Assembly (NCBI GenBank): GCA_030765805.1
Contig: JAVCDH010000091.1
Coordinates: forward strand, 19,047-83,046
DNA from: Candidatus Euphemobacter frigidus
GTDB lineage: Bacteria > Auribacterota > Erginobacteria > Erginobacterales > Erginobacteraceae
DNA length: 64,000 bases
Direction of reading: 5' to 3'
The position numbers were made by a program, and so were the translations under genes. The notes below the pieces were generated by a model that was given only the letters and a program-made list of their open reading frames with translations, was not told the origin of the DNA and ran no database searches. Positions 1 to 8,706 of the stretch are shown here, piece by piece (positions within the stretch are counted from its first letter, which is position 1; every line of letters begins with the position of its first letter).

Positions 1-132
1 TACTTCGCGATCGTTAAGATCTTCGGCGAGAAAGGGAAGAAGAAGAAAGCCGGAGTGATCGCGATGGAGAAGGCCCTGGCTCGGGAAGAACTGGAGTACG
101 AGGCCGAGGAGCACATGGCTGGAGATATGTAA
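1..132 (+). CDS. C-terminal fragment of an unidentified protein (partial, runs off window start)
   Basis: Open frame from position 1 to TAA at 130-132 (...AGVIAMEKALAREELEYEAEEHMAGDM*). No recognisable domain. A small perfect hairpin ccccgataaatcgggg follows at 157-172. Confidence 0.3.
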   Translation, partial: YFAIVKIFGEKGKKKKAGVIAMEKALAREELEYEAEEHMAGDM

Positions 133-207
133 TTCTAAATTTACGAGCTCCGATAAACCCCGATAAATCGGGGCGGAGGCTGGGCCGGTTAATTTAGAAG
201 TGGCTCC

Positions 208-1527
208 ATGGAGATATCCTCTATTGTTATTGCGACCCTCCTGGGGACAGTCCTGGGAGGGTTTTTATTCTGGATTCCGGGGATCAGGTTCTTGTCCATC
301 TTTGGAATCCTGCTCAGTCAGATATCTATCCCCCCTTTGACATGGACTAATCCTGAAGTAGTATTTGTCTTTTTCATGGCCCTGACGGTGAGCGCGTCCT
401 TCGCCGAGATTATCCCCGCCTTCTTCTTCGGAGCTCCCAGCGCATCAACGATTTTTCTAGTTGTTCCCGGGCGTAGATACCTCAAGCAAGGCTGCTCATA
501 CCAGGGGAGTATGACGGTGGGTCTGGGCAGCTTGATCGGCGTCTTCCTCCTGGTTGCCGCCACCCCTTTCTTCATTTACCTCTATACCCCCCTCTTCAAG
601 TTAATCAGAATGTATTACCGCTGGGTACCGGGTATTCTGGTGCTTTATATGGTAGGAGGAGAGTTCATCTTTCATCTCCGGCAAGTTCTTCGCTTCCACC
701 GGAAAGATGAATACCGGGCTCTCTTTATTGCTCCGGTAATATTTCTTCTTATCGGTCTCTTCGGAGTAATATCACTTCAATACCGGCAATTTGCCATCGT
801 TGACCACCAGGGGACATTCTCTTCCGCTTTTGCCGGACTCTTCCTCCTCCCTCCTCTCATCCGGCGTCTGATAAGACCGGTGGGGGGTAAGCTGGAAGAA
901 GATAATATACCAGTCTTTGGTGGTAGGAGAGCCGGCATCCTGGGAGGTATAGCCGGCGGGATCGGCGGTTTTCTAACCCTGCTACTGCCTGCTGTCTCAT
1001 CCGGGCTCGGGGCTCTCATAGCCGGTCACTTCATACCCCGGAGGAAAGAGAAAGCTTTCTTGATCTCCCAGGGGATGGTTAAGACTATCTATTCGGCAGG
1101 AGCTTTTCTCCTCTTCTTTATTCCCACCATTGCTTTTAAGCGGGGAAGCACTGCATCTATTCTAAAATCTCGCTACCATGCGGACCGAAATTTACAGTCT
1201 TTTCTTTTAATAGTCGCAGTAGTGCTCATCAGCGGGTGTCTTTCTTATTATATCCTTGGGTTAACCTCCCGTCTGGCCCGGCGGATCGTCAGGAAGGTCA
1301 CCTCCAAGATTTTATCTAGCGTGATTATCGGCCTCGTTACAGCGATTATCTTCTTCCGCTATGGCCCGGAGTATATGCTGATCTTATTTACAGCCGCCTG
1401 TCTGGGCAGTCTTCCGCTGGTCTTCGGCTGTCGCCGCAGCAATACCTTCTCCGTCATCCTTGTCCCGATTCTATTATTTATGATGGGATGGTATCAGACG
1501 GTAATTAATTTCCTGGGCTTTTTTTAA
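208..1527 (+). CDS. polytopic integral membrane protein, possibly TctA/DUF112-like permease
   Basis: ATG start, 439 aa. At least 10 hydrophobic helices and a Gly-rich loop AGILGGIAGGIGGFLTLL. Family assignment tentative. A palindromic hairpin (aaatttccc tcg gggaaattt) at 1526-1547 lies just downstream. Confidence 0.5.
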   Translation: MEISSIVIATLLGTVLGGFLFWIPGIRFLSIFGILLSQISIPPLTWTNPEVVFVFFMALTVSASFAEIIPAFFFGAPSASTIFLVVPGRRYLKQGCSYQGSMTVGLGSLIGVFLLVAATPFFIYLYTPLFKLIRMYYRWVPGILVLYMVGGEFIFHLRQVLRFHRKDEYRALFIAPVIFLLIGLFGVISLQYRQFAIVDHQGTFSSAFAGLFLLPPLIRRLIRPVGGKLEEDNIPVFGGRRAGILGGIAGGIGGFLTLLLPAVSSGLGALIAGHFIPRRKEKAFLISQGMVKTIYSAGAFLLFFIPTIAFKRGSTASILKSRYHADRNLQSFLLIVAVVLISGCLSYYILGLTSRLARRIVRKVTSKILSSVIIGLVTAIIFFRYGPEYMLILFTAACLGSLPLVFGCRRSNTFSVILVPILLFMMGWYQTVINFLGFF

Positions 1528-1673
1528 ATTTCCCTCGGGGGAAATTTAAAAAAACTTTCTTGTCACTCCGTCTTCCATATTCTGACCTCCGACTTTCGAT
1601 CGATGATTGACAATTGGGCAAGGGATTTTTTAAGATAGCGGAGTATCATCGAAATTGGGAGAAGAAAGAAAAA

Positions 1674-2723
1674 ATGCCGGAGGGAGACAGAAGCCGCGTC
1701 TCCCCGGAGGTCTTCGGGCTTCCGGTGGAGGAGATCAAGGCCGGGTTATATTCGGATAAGTACTTCGTCCGTTCCGGGGAGATCCTGAAGAGAGAAGGCC
1801 ATCATCCCCGGGTGTTGATGCAGGTCTTCGCCCGTAAACGGGGGATCATCTGCGGGATGGATGAGGCAATCGCAGTCTTGAAACTCTGCGCGGAGAAGCC
1901 GGAGGAGCTCGTCATCCACGCTCACTTCGACGGCGATCCTTTTGAGCCGATGGAGACGGTGATGACGATTGAGGGGGATTACTCCACCTTTGCCTACCTG
2001 GAGACGGTCTACCTGGGGATAATCGCCCGGGGTTCGGCGGTGGCCACCGCGGTCCGGGAAGTGGTGGAGGCGGCGGAGGACAAACCCATCCTCTTCTTCC
2101 CGGCCCGGTTTGACGGGTACGGTGCCCAGCCCCGGGACGGGTATGCCGCTCATATCGGCGGAGCCTTCGGGGTCTCCACCGACGCTCAGGCCGGGTGGTG
2201 GGGCGGCAGCGGCCTGGGAACCGTTCCCCACGGACTGATTGCCGCGTATGGGGGAGATACGGTCAAGGCCACCCTCGCCTTCGACCGGCAGATGCCGGAA
2301 GAGATTAAACGGATTGCCCTGGTTGATTTCGAGAACGACTCCGTCCGTACCTCATTGGAAGTGGCCCGGGCCCTGGGAGAACGCCTCTTCGCGGTCCGGC
2401 TTGATACCGCCTCCGATCTCCGGGACGTTTCGGTGGTTTCCGATTCAGAAGATTCTTACGGGGTCTGTCCGGAGCTGGTATGGAATGTCCGCCGGGCTCT
2501 CGATGAGAACGGTTTTAATCATGTCAAGATCGTTATCAGCGGGGGTTTCACAGCGGAGAAGATCCGGCGGTTCAGTAAATTACAGGTCCCCTTCGATATA
2601 GTTGGAGTCGGCTCAGCGCTTCTCCAGACCCAGATTGATTTTACAGCTGACGTAGTAATGGTCGATGGCAAACCCTGCGCCAAAGTCGGTCGAGAAGTTA
2701 GATTTCACAAGGATCAGAATTGA
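1674..2723 (+). CDS. pncB: nicotinate phosphoribosyltransferase (archaeal/Thermus-type NAPRTase family)
   Basis: The tool ORF starts at a TTG at 1614; ATG at 1674 (MPEGDRS...) is more likely. Motifs match archaeal-type NAPRT: EEIKAGLYSDKYFVRS, IEGDYSTFAYLETVYLGIIARGSAVATA, FAVRLDTASD, ISGG, DVVMVDGKPCAKVGR. Confidence 0.8.
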   Translation: MPEGDRSRVSPEVFGLPVEEIKAGLYSDKYFVRSGEILKREGHHPRVLMQVFARKRGIICGMDEAIAVLKLCAEKPEELVIHAHFDGDPFEPMETVMTIEGDYSTFAYLETVYLGIIARGSAVATAVREVVEAAEDKPILFFPARFDGYGAQPRDGYAAHIGGAFGVSTDAQAGWWGGSGLGTVPHGLIAAYGGDTVKATLAFDRQMPEEIKRIALVDFENDSVRTSLEVARALGERLFAVRLDTASDLRDVSVVSDSEDSYGVCPELVWNVRRALDENGFNHVKIVISGGFTAEKIRRFSKLQVPFDIVGVGSALLQTQIDFTADVVMVDGKPCAKVGREVRFHKDQN

Positions 2724-2747
2724 CAAACTCGGGCCGAATTGAACGCG

Positions 2748-3350
2748 ATGAGCGATAATGAGTCTAAAAAATTGGCTGATAAAAAGGATGATTTTGAGCT
2801 GGTCCGCGCGACCCGAAAAGGCGACAGGGAAGCATTCGGAGAACTGGTGCGGAAGTACCAGGGGAAGATCTACTCGCTTGCCTACGGTATGGTCGGCAAT
2901 CCAGCCGCCGCCGACGATCTGGCCCAGGAGATCTTCCTGAAGACCTACCGGAATATCAAGAAGTTCCGGTTTAAGTCGAGTTTCTACACCTGGCTCTATC
3001 GGATTGCCCTCAACACGGTTATTACGCGCCGGAAGAAACTTCGGGAAGATAAGCATCTGGAACTTAAGCCTCAGATCCTGGATATCCAGGGGAGCCCGTA
3101 TCTCCCGGCCCGGCTCCAGGGGGAGAAGGGGGACCGGGCGATGACCCGAAAGGAGCTGAGACGTGATATCCGCCAGGCGTTGGAGACACTCTCCGATAAG
3201 CACAAGGCGGTTGTGGTCATGCACGATATTGAAGGTATTCCTCATAATGATATCGCCGGGATTATCTCCTGTTCGGAAGGTACCGTCAGGTCGCGACTTC
3301 ATTACGCGCGCCGCCGACTCCGCGAGCAACTGGCCAACTGGCTGGAGTAG
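2748..3350 (+). CDS. RNA polymerase ECF sigma factor (sigma-70 family, sigma-E-like)
   Basis: Region 2 motif LAQEIFLKTYRNIKKF..FYTWLYRIALNTVI and region 4 HTH DIAGIISCSEGTVRSRLHYARRRLREQL. The tool start is a TTG at 2739; ATG at 2748 preferred. Confidence 0.85.
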   Translation: MSDNESKKLADKKDDFELVRATRKGDREAFGELVRKYQGKIYSLAYGMVGNPAAADDLAQEIFLKTYRNIKKFRFKSSFYTWLYRIALNTVITRRKKLREDKHLELKPQILDIQGSPYLPARLQGEKGDRAMTRKELRRDIRQALETLSDKHKAVVVMHDIEGIPHNDIAGIISCSEGTVRSRLHYARRRLREQLANWLE

Positions 3351-3371
3351 AGATATAAATGATGTGACGCT

Positions 3372-3923
3372 ATGCTCTGCAAGCAATTTAAAAAAAATGT
3401 CTGGGATTTTTTAGACGGTCGGCTGGCCGGTCGACCGGCTGATTTATACTCCGCCCATCTTAAAGACTGCCCCCGGTGCCGGGATACTCTGGCTCGGGCC
3501 CGGAGGCTGCTTGAGCTTTTGAAGGACGAATCGGTTCCGTTGCCTCCAGCCGCTTATCGGGATTCATTCTGGCCGCGACTGAGAGAGAGAATATCCGCCG
3601 AAGGCCGGCCCGCCCGCCCCCGATTCGTGCTTCGGTTCAACCCTCTTTCTTATGCCGCCATAGGGGCCGCGGCCGCGGCTCTCGTTCTCTGGATCTCGCT
3701 CCGGGAGTCTCCATCACCTTTTTTCCGGCCAATGGAGGGGAGAAGGGCCGGTCGTCCAGCGAATTTTGCCATGGCTATTGCCGGCCCGACCGCCGGGAAG
3801 GACGCACCGGAGGTTGATTACATCTCCGGGCGGTCCGGAAGCGTTGGAGGAAGAGAAAGAGCCGGTACTGATTATATCCTTCCCGGTGCCACCGGGAGTT
3901 GTGGCGGCCGGTTTGAAGTGTAG
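3372..3923 (+). CDS. putative zinc-finger anti-sigma factor (membrane-anchored)
   Basis: Immediately downstream of the ECF sigma gene. N-terminal HxxxCxxC-like motif (HLKDCPRCRD) typical of zf-HC2 anti-sigma factors, followed by one TM helix (YAAIGAAAAALVLWISL) and an extracytoplasmic tail. Confidence 0.55.
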   Translation: MLCKQFKKNVWDFLDGRLAGRPADLYSAHLKDCPRCRDTLARARRLLELLKDESVPLPPAAYRDSFWPRLRERISAEGRPARPRFVLRFNPLSYAAIGAAAAALVLWISLRESPSPFFRPMEGRRAGRPANFAMAIAGPTAGKDAPEVDYISGRSGSVGGRERAGTDYILPGATGSCGGRFEV

Positions 3924-4082
3924 GCCTTCATTAACTCTCCCGTCTCTGACGGGGGAGTTTTGCTTCTGTCGACCTTCCTTCGGCTTTGCTCAGGATCTTC
4001 GAAAAGGTTGATAGCTACGGCATTTTTGTACTATATTTTTGTAGTTGCCCCGTTGGACCGGGCTAATTTATGAGGAGGTTGA

Positions 4083-5249
4083 ATGAATAAGACACTGATA
4101 GTGACTTCCGCGGCACTCTTGCTCCTGGGCCCGATTTTCATACGACCCGGAATAACCCAAGAGAGATCGTTAATCTCCCAACTGGAAAAGGAGACAGTAG
4201 AGATCGTGCGTCGTTGCGGGCCGGCGGTGGTATCGGTGACCACGGAGCCGGTCTATCCCCACTGGTGGGATAACCTGAAAGGAGAAGAACTGCCGGCCTG
4301 GATTGAAGAGTTTTTAAAGAGTGATCTCGGGAGTCGCAAACGACGCTCCACCGGGGCCGGTTTTCTTATCAGTTCCGATGGGAAGATTTTAACCACGGAG
4401 AGTGTGATAGGCCGGGCCCGCCAGATTACGGTTGCTCTGGAAGACGGCCGGGTTCTCCCGGCCCGGGTGTTGGGAAAGTCCCCGGACTTCAATATCGCGT
4501 TACTGAAAGTTGATGGGAAGGACTTACCCTGTCTCTCCCTGGGTAACTCGTCCGCGGCGCAGGGCGGCTCCTGGGTGATCGCCCTGGGCCGGCCGTTTGG
4601 TCTGGCTACCAGCGCCTCCTGGGGGATTGTCAGTGGGTTGGGACGCGCGGGCTTGGGGATCGCTCCCTACGAGAAACTTATGCAGATCACCGCGCCGATT
4701 AACCCGGGCGACAGCGGCGGGCCGATCCTGAACTCCCGGGGGGAGGTGATCGGGATTATTGCGGCCAGTTTTTCCGGGTACCGCGAGTTTGAATTTGACT
4801 GGGACTTTATTCGCCGCTTTCACCGCGCTTTTCCTGATTCCCCGGGAATATCTCCGGGGTCATTCTTCCAGAACAGCCAGGCCTATGGGGTGGGCTTTGC
4901 CATCCCGATTGATCTGGCCAGGGAAGTTATCGCCCACCTTTCGAAAAACAAAGGTTTCAGCCGGGGTTGGATCGGTGTTTACCCGAAGGCTCTAACTGGA
5001 AAAAAGGGGGTGGCGGTTACTGAACTCTCCCCGGATGGTCCGGGCGCCCGGGCCGGCCTACGGGGAGGAGATATCATTAGCAGCGTGAACGGCCAACCGG
5101 TCGATTCGCCGCGGAGCCTTCAGAAGATGATTCTCTTCTTGCCGGCCGGGGAGACGATTGACATGAAGATAATGAGGGAAGGGGAGATCATGACGTTCCC
5201 GGTTGTGGTTGGAGAGAAGTCCGAAGGTGGTAAGGGAGAACGTCCGTGA
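4083..5249 (+). CDS. htrA: HtrA/DegP-family periplasmic serine endoprotease with C-terminal PDZ domain
   Basis: Strong SD (gaggagg) 7 nt upstream of the ATG, signal peptide, catalytic-serine motif GDSGGPILNSRGEVIGI, PDZ-like C-terminus (GVAVTELSPDGPGARAGLRGGDIISSVNG). Confidence 0.85.
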   Translation: MNKTLIVTSAALLLLGPIFIRPGITQERSLISQLEKETVEIVRRCGPAVVSVTTEPVYPHWWDNLKGEELPAWIEEFLKSDLGSRKRRSTGAGFLISSDGKILTTESVIGRARQITVALEDGRVLPARVLGKSPDFNIALLKVDGKDLPCLSLGNSSAAQGGSWVIALGRPFGLATSASWGIVSGLGRAGLGIAPYEKLMQITAPINPGDSGGPILNSRGEVIGIIAASFSGYREFEFDWDFIRRFHRAFPDSPGISPGSFFQNSQAYGVGFAIPIDLAREVIAHLSKNKGFSRGWIGVYPKALTGKKGVAVTELSPDGPGARAGLRGGDIISSVNGQPVDSPRSLQKMILFLPAGETIDMKIMREGEIMTFPVVVGEKSEGGKGERP

Positions 5250-6175
5250 AGAGAAGAGGATTTTCCATGTTAGGGTTGGCCGGCTTGCTTTTCTTCGTCA
5301 TCATCGGTCCGGCCGCAGCCCGCACTATTCCCCGGATTACGGCCACGCTCGATAAAGACCGGGTAGCAGTCGGAGACACCATTCTCCTCACGATATCCGC
5401 CGCCTGGGCCGGTGAGGCCTCCGAGTTTGTATTTCTCCCTCCCCAGCCTCCGGAGTTCCGGGGTCTGGAAATGACCGGCTCCGCCCAGAAAAGCGTGGTC
5501 TATCGAACCGATGGGAAGCTGCACCAGGTTTGGGAATACCTCTTTACCCTTAAAGGGGAAGATAAGGGCACCGCCCGGGTAGGGGTGGTACGGATTCTCT
5601 ACCACCGTCACGGAGAGGAAGAGGTACACTCGTTAACTACCGAACCACTGGAGGTAACGATCTTCTCGGGAGGAGTGGCCTTCTTCTCATCGATCGGTAG
5701 TGCTCTTCTCACGATCGGAGTGGTAATGGTGGCAGTTATCATCATCGTTGTCTATGTGAGGTGGACCATCCGACGCTATAAAAATAAATCGAACGAAGTC
5801 ATCGCGGATTACGTTAAAAATCTGGAAGCGGAGAGTCTCAAGGAATTAGACCACCTCCGGAAGCTTAAAGTCCAGGGGAATATCGACGGATATCTGGAGG
5901 GGATCTGGAAGATACTGGCCGACTACCTGGAGAAGAAATATACCATAACCATCTCGCCCGAAAGCTTTCGTGAGGTGCTGGAGGGAGAGAGGGCATCGGC
6001 CCTCTCGGAAGAAGCGGCAGCGGAACTGGCCCGGATTCTGAAGGTGTTGGAAGAAAGCCGGTTTGGAAGCTACCGGGCGGAGAACCGGGGACCGGATGAT
6101 ATCTTAAAACGAGTCTATTCATTCATTGAATCACAACAATCGCAAACCAAAGGAGAACGGAATTATGAGCATTGA
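5246..6175 (+). CDS. membrane protein with BatD-like N-terminal domain and DUF4381-like C-terminal domain (Bat-cluster accessory paralogue)
   Basis: Signal peptide, beta-rich N-domain resembling the BatD N-terminus (RITATLDKDRVAVGDTILLTISA), one TM helix, cytoplasmic helical C-domain. Same architecture as the gene at 8703-9647. GTG start overlaps the htrA stop (GTGA). Confidence 0.5.
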   Translation: MKRRGFSMLGLAGLLFFVIIGPAAARTIPRITATLDKDRVAVGDTILLTISAAWAGEASEFVFLPPQPPEFRGLEMTGSAQKSVVYRTDGKLHQVWEYLFTLKGEDKGTARVGVVRILYHRHGEEEVHSLTTEPLEVTIFSGGVAFFSSIGSALLTIGVVMVAVIIIVVYVRWTIRRYKNKSNEVIADYVKNLEAESLKELDHLRKLKVQGNIDGYLEGIWKILADYLEKKYTITISPESFREVLEGERASALSEEAAAELARILKVLEESRFGSYRAENRGPDDILKRVYSFIESQQSQTKGERNYEH

Positions 6176-7154
6176 CATTCAGGAGATCAACGAGAGAGTT
6201 AAGGTTGCCGGCGAGTTTGTTGAGAAGATTCGGGCGGAGATCGGCAAGGTCATCGTAGGACAGACTTACCTGGTCGACCGGCTCTTGCTGGGTTTACTGG
6301 CCAACGGGCATATTCTAATTGAAGGTGTTCCCGGTCTGGCCAAGAGCATGTCGGTCCGGGTCCTGGCCCGGGCCATCAATACCTCTTATCAGAGGATCCA
6401 ATTCACGCCCGATCTTCTGCCGGCAGACCTCCTCGGCACCCTGGTCTACAACCCGAAGACCGGCGAGTTCACCACCAAGAAAGGCCCGATCTTTTCTAAT
6501 ATCATTCTGGCCGATGAGATCAATCGGGCCCCGGCCAAGGTCCAGTCGGCGCTGCTGGAAGCGATGCAGGAACGCCAGGTCACTATCGGCCGGGAGACCT
6601 TTCCCCTCTCCGAGCCGTTCATGGTCATGGCTACCCAGAACCCGATCGAGCAGGAAGGGACCTATCCACTCCCGGAGGCTCAGGTGGACCGCTTCATGCT
6701 GAAGCTGGTTCTGGATTACCCTGATAAGAAGGAAGAGAAGGCGATCATGGACCGGATGGCGGTAACCAACTATGAACTCCAGGTTCAGCCGGTTGTCGAA
6801 CCGGAGGAGATTATCAAGGCCCGCTCGGTCGTGGACATGATCTATATCGACGAAAAAGTCAAAGATTACATCCTCGATCTGGTCTTCGCCTCCCGGGAGC
6901 CGGAACAGTACGGGCTTAAGATAGGGGATTTTATCCAGTACGGGGCTTCCCCCCGGGCTACCATCTATCTAACAGTTGCTTCCAAGGCCTACGCTTTTAT
7001 CAAAGGTAGAGGGTATGTAACTCCCCAGGATGTCAAGACGATCGGTCAGGATGTCCTCCGGCACCGGGTGATCGTCAGCTACGAGGCGGAAGCGGAAGAT
7101 CTCACCTCCGAGGACCTGATCCGGAAGATCTTTGATCAGGTGGAAGTGCCTTGA
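6165..7154 (+). CDS. moxR: MoxR-family AAA+ ATPase
   Basis: Walker A GHILIEGVPGLAKS, and VLARAINTSYQRIQFTPDLLPADLLG, ILADEINRAPAKVQSALLEAMQE. SD aaggag upstream of the ATG at 6165 (the tool start at 6126 is a TTG). Confidence 0.9.
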   Translation: MSIDIQEINERVKVAGEFVEKIRAEIGKVIVGQTYLVDRLLLGLLANGHILIEGVPGLAKSMSVRVLARAINTSYQRIQFTPDLLPADLLGTLVYNPKTGEFTTKKGPIFSNIILADEINRAPAKVQSALLEAMQERQVTIGRETFPLSEPFMVMATQNPIEQEGTYPLPEAQVDRFMLKLVLDYPDKKEEKAIMDRMAVTNYELQVQPVVEPEEIIKARSVVDMIYIDEKVKDYILDLVFASREPEQYGLKIGDFIQYGASPRATIYLTVASKAYAFIKGRGYVTPQDVKTIGQDVLRHRVIVSYEAEAEDLTSEDLIRKIFDQVEVP

Positions 7155-7155
7155 T

Positions 7156-7311
7156 GGTGACTGGGGACTGGTGACTGGTGACTGGGGATTGGTGACTGGG
7201 GACTGGGGACTGGTGACTGGGGACTGGGGATTGGTGACTGGGGACTGGGGACTGGTGACTGGGGACTGGGGATTGGTGACTGGGGACTGGGGATTGGTGA
7301 CTGGGGACTGG
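7156..7311. repeat. tandem heptamer array (units GTGACTG / GGGACTG / GGGATTG, about 22 copies)
   Basis: Directly visible periodicity of 7 nt. It begins 2 nt after the moxR stop codon. In one frame it reads as the repeated peptide GDWGLVT (tool ORF 7132-7329), which is not a real gene. Confidence 0.9.
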
Positions 7312-7368
7312 ATAGCAAAGTTATACTAGTTTTTGACTAGTCGGATACAAAAGCAAAGGAAAACCTAA

Positions 7369-7734
7369 GTGGTTGGTATGAGGTCACATGAGGATTTAGA
7401 GGTTTGGAAGAGATCAATTGATTTAACTGTTCGAATTTATCGAATTACCGCCGGATTTCCTGATTCAGAAAAATTTGGTTTATCTTCTCAACTGCGGAGA
7501 GCAACAGTCTCTGTCAGCAGCAATATCGCAGAAGGAGCAGCGCAAGGAACTACAAAATCTTTTATAAATTTTCTGTATATTTCTCGAGGATCTATATCTG
7601 AAGTAGGCACCCAAGTTGAGATAGCAAGGAGATTACGGCTCATTGATACCGAAGTACATAAAGAATTGAAGGGAGAGATTATTATTATTGGAAAGATGCT
7701 TACTAATTTAATCAAACGTTTGAAACAAAGTTGA
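7369..7734 (+). CDS. four-helix-bundle protein (23S rRNA intervening-sequence protein / Avd-like family)
   Basis: 121 aa. Family-typical motifs EDLEVWKRSIDLTVRIYRIT, FGLSSQLRRATVSVSSNIAEG, FLYISRGSISEV. The local sequence is markedly AT-rich compared with its flanks. Confidence 0.8.
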   Translation: MVGMRSHEDLEVWKRSIDLTVRIYRITAGFPDSEKFGLSSQLRRATVSVSSNIAEGAAQGTTKSFINFLYISRGSISEVGTQVEIARRLRLIDTEVHKELKGEIIIIGKMLTNLIKRLKQS

Positions 7735-7780
7735 TATCTAAGATTTTGCGAATAAGTTGATTTATACTTTTTGTTGAGAA

Positions 7781-7818
7781 ACCAGTCCCCAGTCACCAAT
7801 CACCAGTCCCCAGTCACT
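7781..7818. repeat. heptamer array, reverse-complement orientation of the 7156-7311 array (CCCCAGT / CACCAGT / CACCAAT units)
   Basis: accagtccccagtcaccaatcaccagtccccagtcact. Together with 7156-7311 it forms an inverted pair bracketing the four-helix-bundle gene. Confidence 0.85.
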
Positions 7819-7827
7819 ATACATACC

Positions 7828-8706
7828 ATGCTTCCCAAAGAAATAATCAAGAAGATCCAGCGGATCCGGATCCGGACCAACCGGATAGTCAGCGATGTCT
7901 TCTCTGGAGAGTACCAGAGCGTCTTTAAAGGGCGGGGGATGGAGTTTGACGAGGTGCGGGAGTACCAGCCCGGCGACGAGGTTCGGGATATCGACTGGAA
8001 CGTGACCGCCCGCTATGGGCGCCCGTTTATAAAGAAGTATGTGGAAGAGCGGGAACTCACCGTTATGCTTCTGGTGGACGCCAGCGCGAGCAGCCGGTTC
8101 GGAACCCGACAAGAGTTCAAAAGTGAACTGGCGGCGGAGCTCTGCGCGGTCCTGGCCTTCTCCGCGATCCGGAACAAGGACAAGGTGGGGTTGATTATCT
8201 TCACCGACCGGATCGAGAAGTTTGTCCCCCCGGCCAAGGGAAGCCGCCATGTCCTGCGGGTGATCAGGGAGCTTCTCTACTTCAAACCGGAGGGCGAGGG
8301 AACCGATATCGAGCTGGCCCTCGGCTACCTGAACCGGGTCACCCACCGCCGGACCGTCACCTTCCTGGTCTCGGATTTCAAGACCGCCGGCTACGACAAA
8401 GCCCTGAAGATCGCCAATAAACGCCATGATATTATCTCAGTCATGATCAGCGATCCCCGGGAGATGGAACTGCCCCCGGTCGGGCTGATCCGTCTCCGGG
8501 ACGCGGAGAGCGGGGAAGAGATCCTGGTTGACAGCCGGGATGAGAGGACCCGTCACCTTTACCGGGAAAGAGGCCGGGAAGTAGAAGATGAGATTCTCAG
8601 GATCTTCCGATCAACCGACGTGGATTGCATTCGGGTCAGCACCGATCGCCCATACGTACAGGCCCTGATGCGGTTCTTCCACCGCCGGGAGCGGAGGATG
8701 CATTGA
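7828..8706 (+). CDS. DUF58 domain protein (MoxR-partner, vWA-like)
   Basis: Classic DUF58 motifs GEYQSVFKGRGMEFDEVREYQPGDEVRDIDWNVTAR and MLLVDASASSRFG. ATG at 7828 preferred; the tool start at 7771 is a TTG and would translate the heptamer array. Confidence 0.85.
   Translation: MLPKEIIKKIQRIRIRTNRIVSDVFSGEYQSVFKGRGMEFDEVREYQPGDEVRDIDWNVTARYGRPFIKKYVEERELTVMLLVDASASSRFGTRQEFKSELAAELCAVLAFSAIRNKDKVGLIIFTDRIEKFVPPAKGSRHVLRVIRELLYFKPEGEGTDIELALGYLNRVTHRRTVTFLVSDFKTAGYDKALKIANKRHDIISVMISDPREMELPPVGLIRLRDAESGEEILVDSRDERTRHLYRERGREVEDEILRIFRSTDVDCIRVSTDRPYVQALMRFFHRRERRMH

Noticed and set aside
1526-1560. Palindrome aaatttccc-tcg-gggaaattt after the first membrane-protein gene, considered as a rho-independent terminator.
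   Set aside because: The T-run precedes and the A-run follows the hairpin on both strands, so it does not fit a canonical intrinsic terminator in either direction; left unannotated.
2613-3386. 257-aa ORF antisense to the ECF sigma factor gene.
   Set aside because: Overlaps a well-supported sigma-factor CDS on the other strand; no domain signature; typical high-GC antisense artefact.
7156-7311. Possibility that the repeat arrays are CRISPR arrays.
   Set aside because: Units are 7 nt with no unique spacers of 25-40 nt between them, and no cas genes are present anywhere in the window.
7132-7329. Tool ORFs reading the heptamer array as peptides (GDWGLVT)n on the + strand and (SPQSPIP)n on the - strand.
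   Set aside because: Pure translation of a tandem DNA repeat, with no start context; treated as non-coding repeat.
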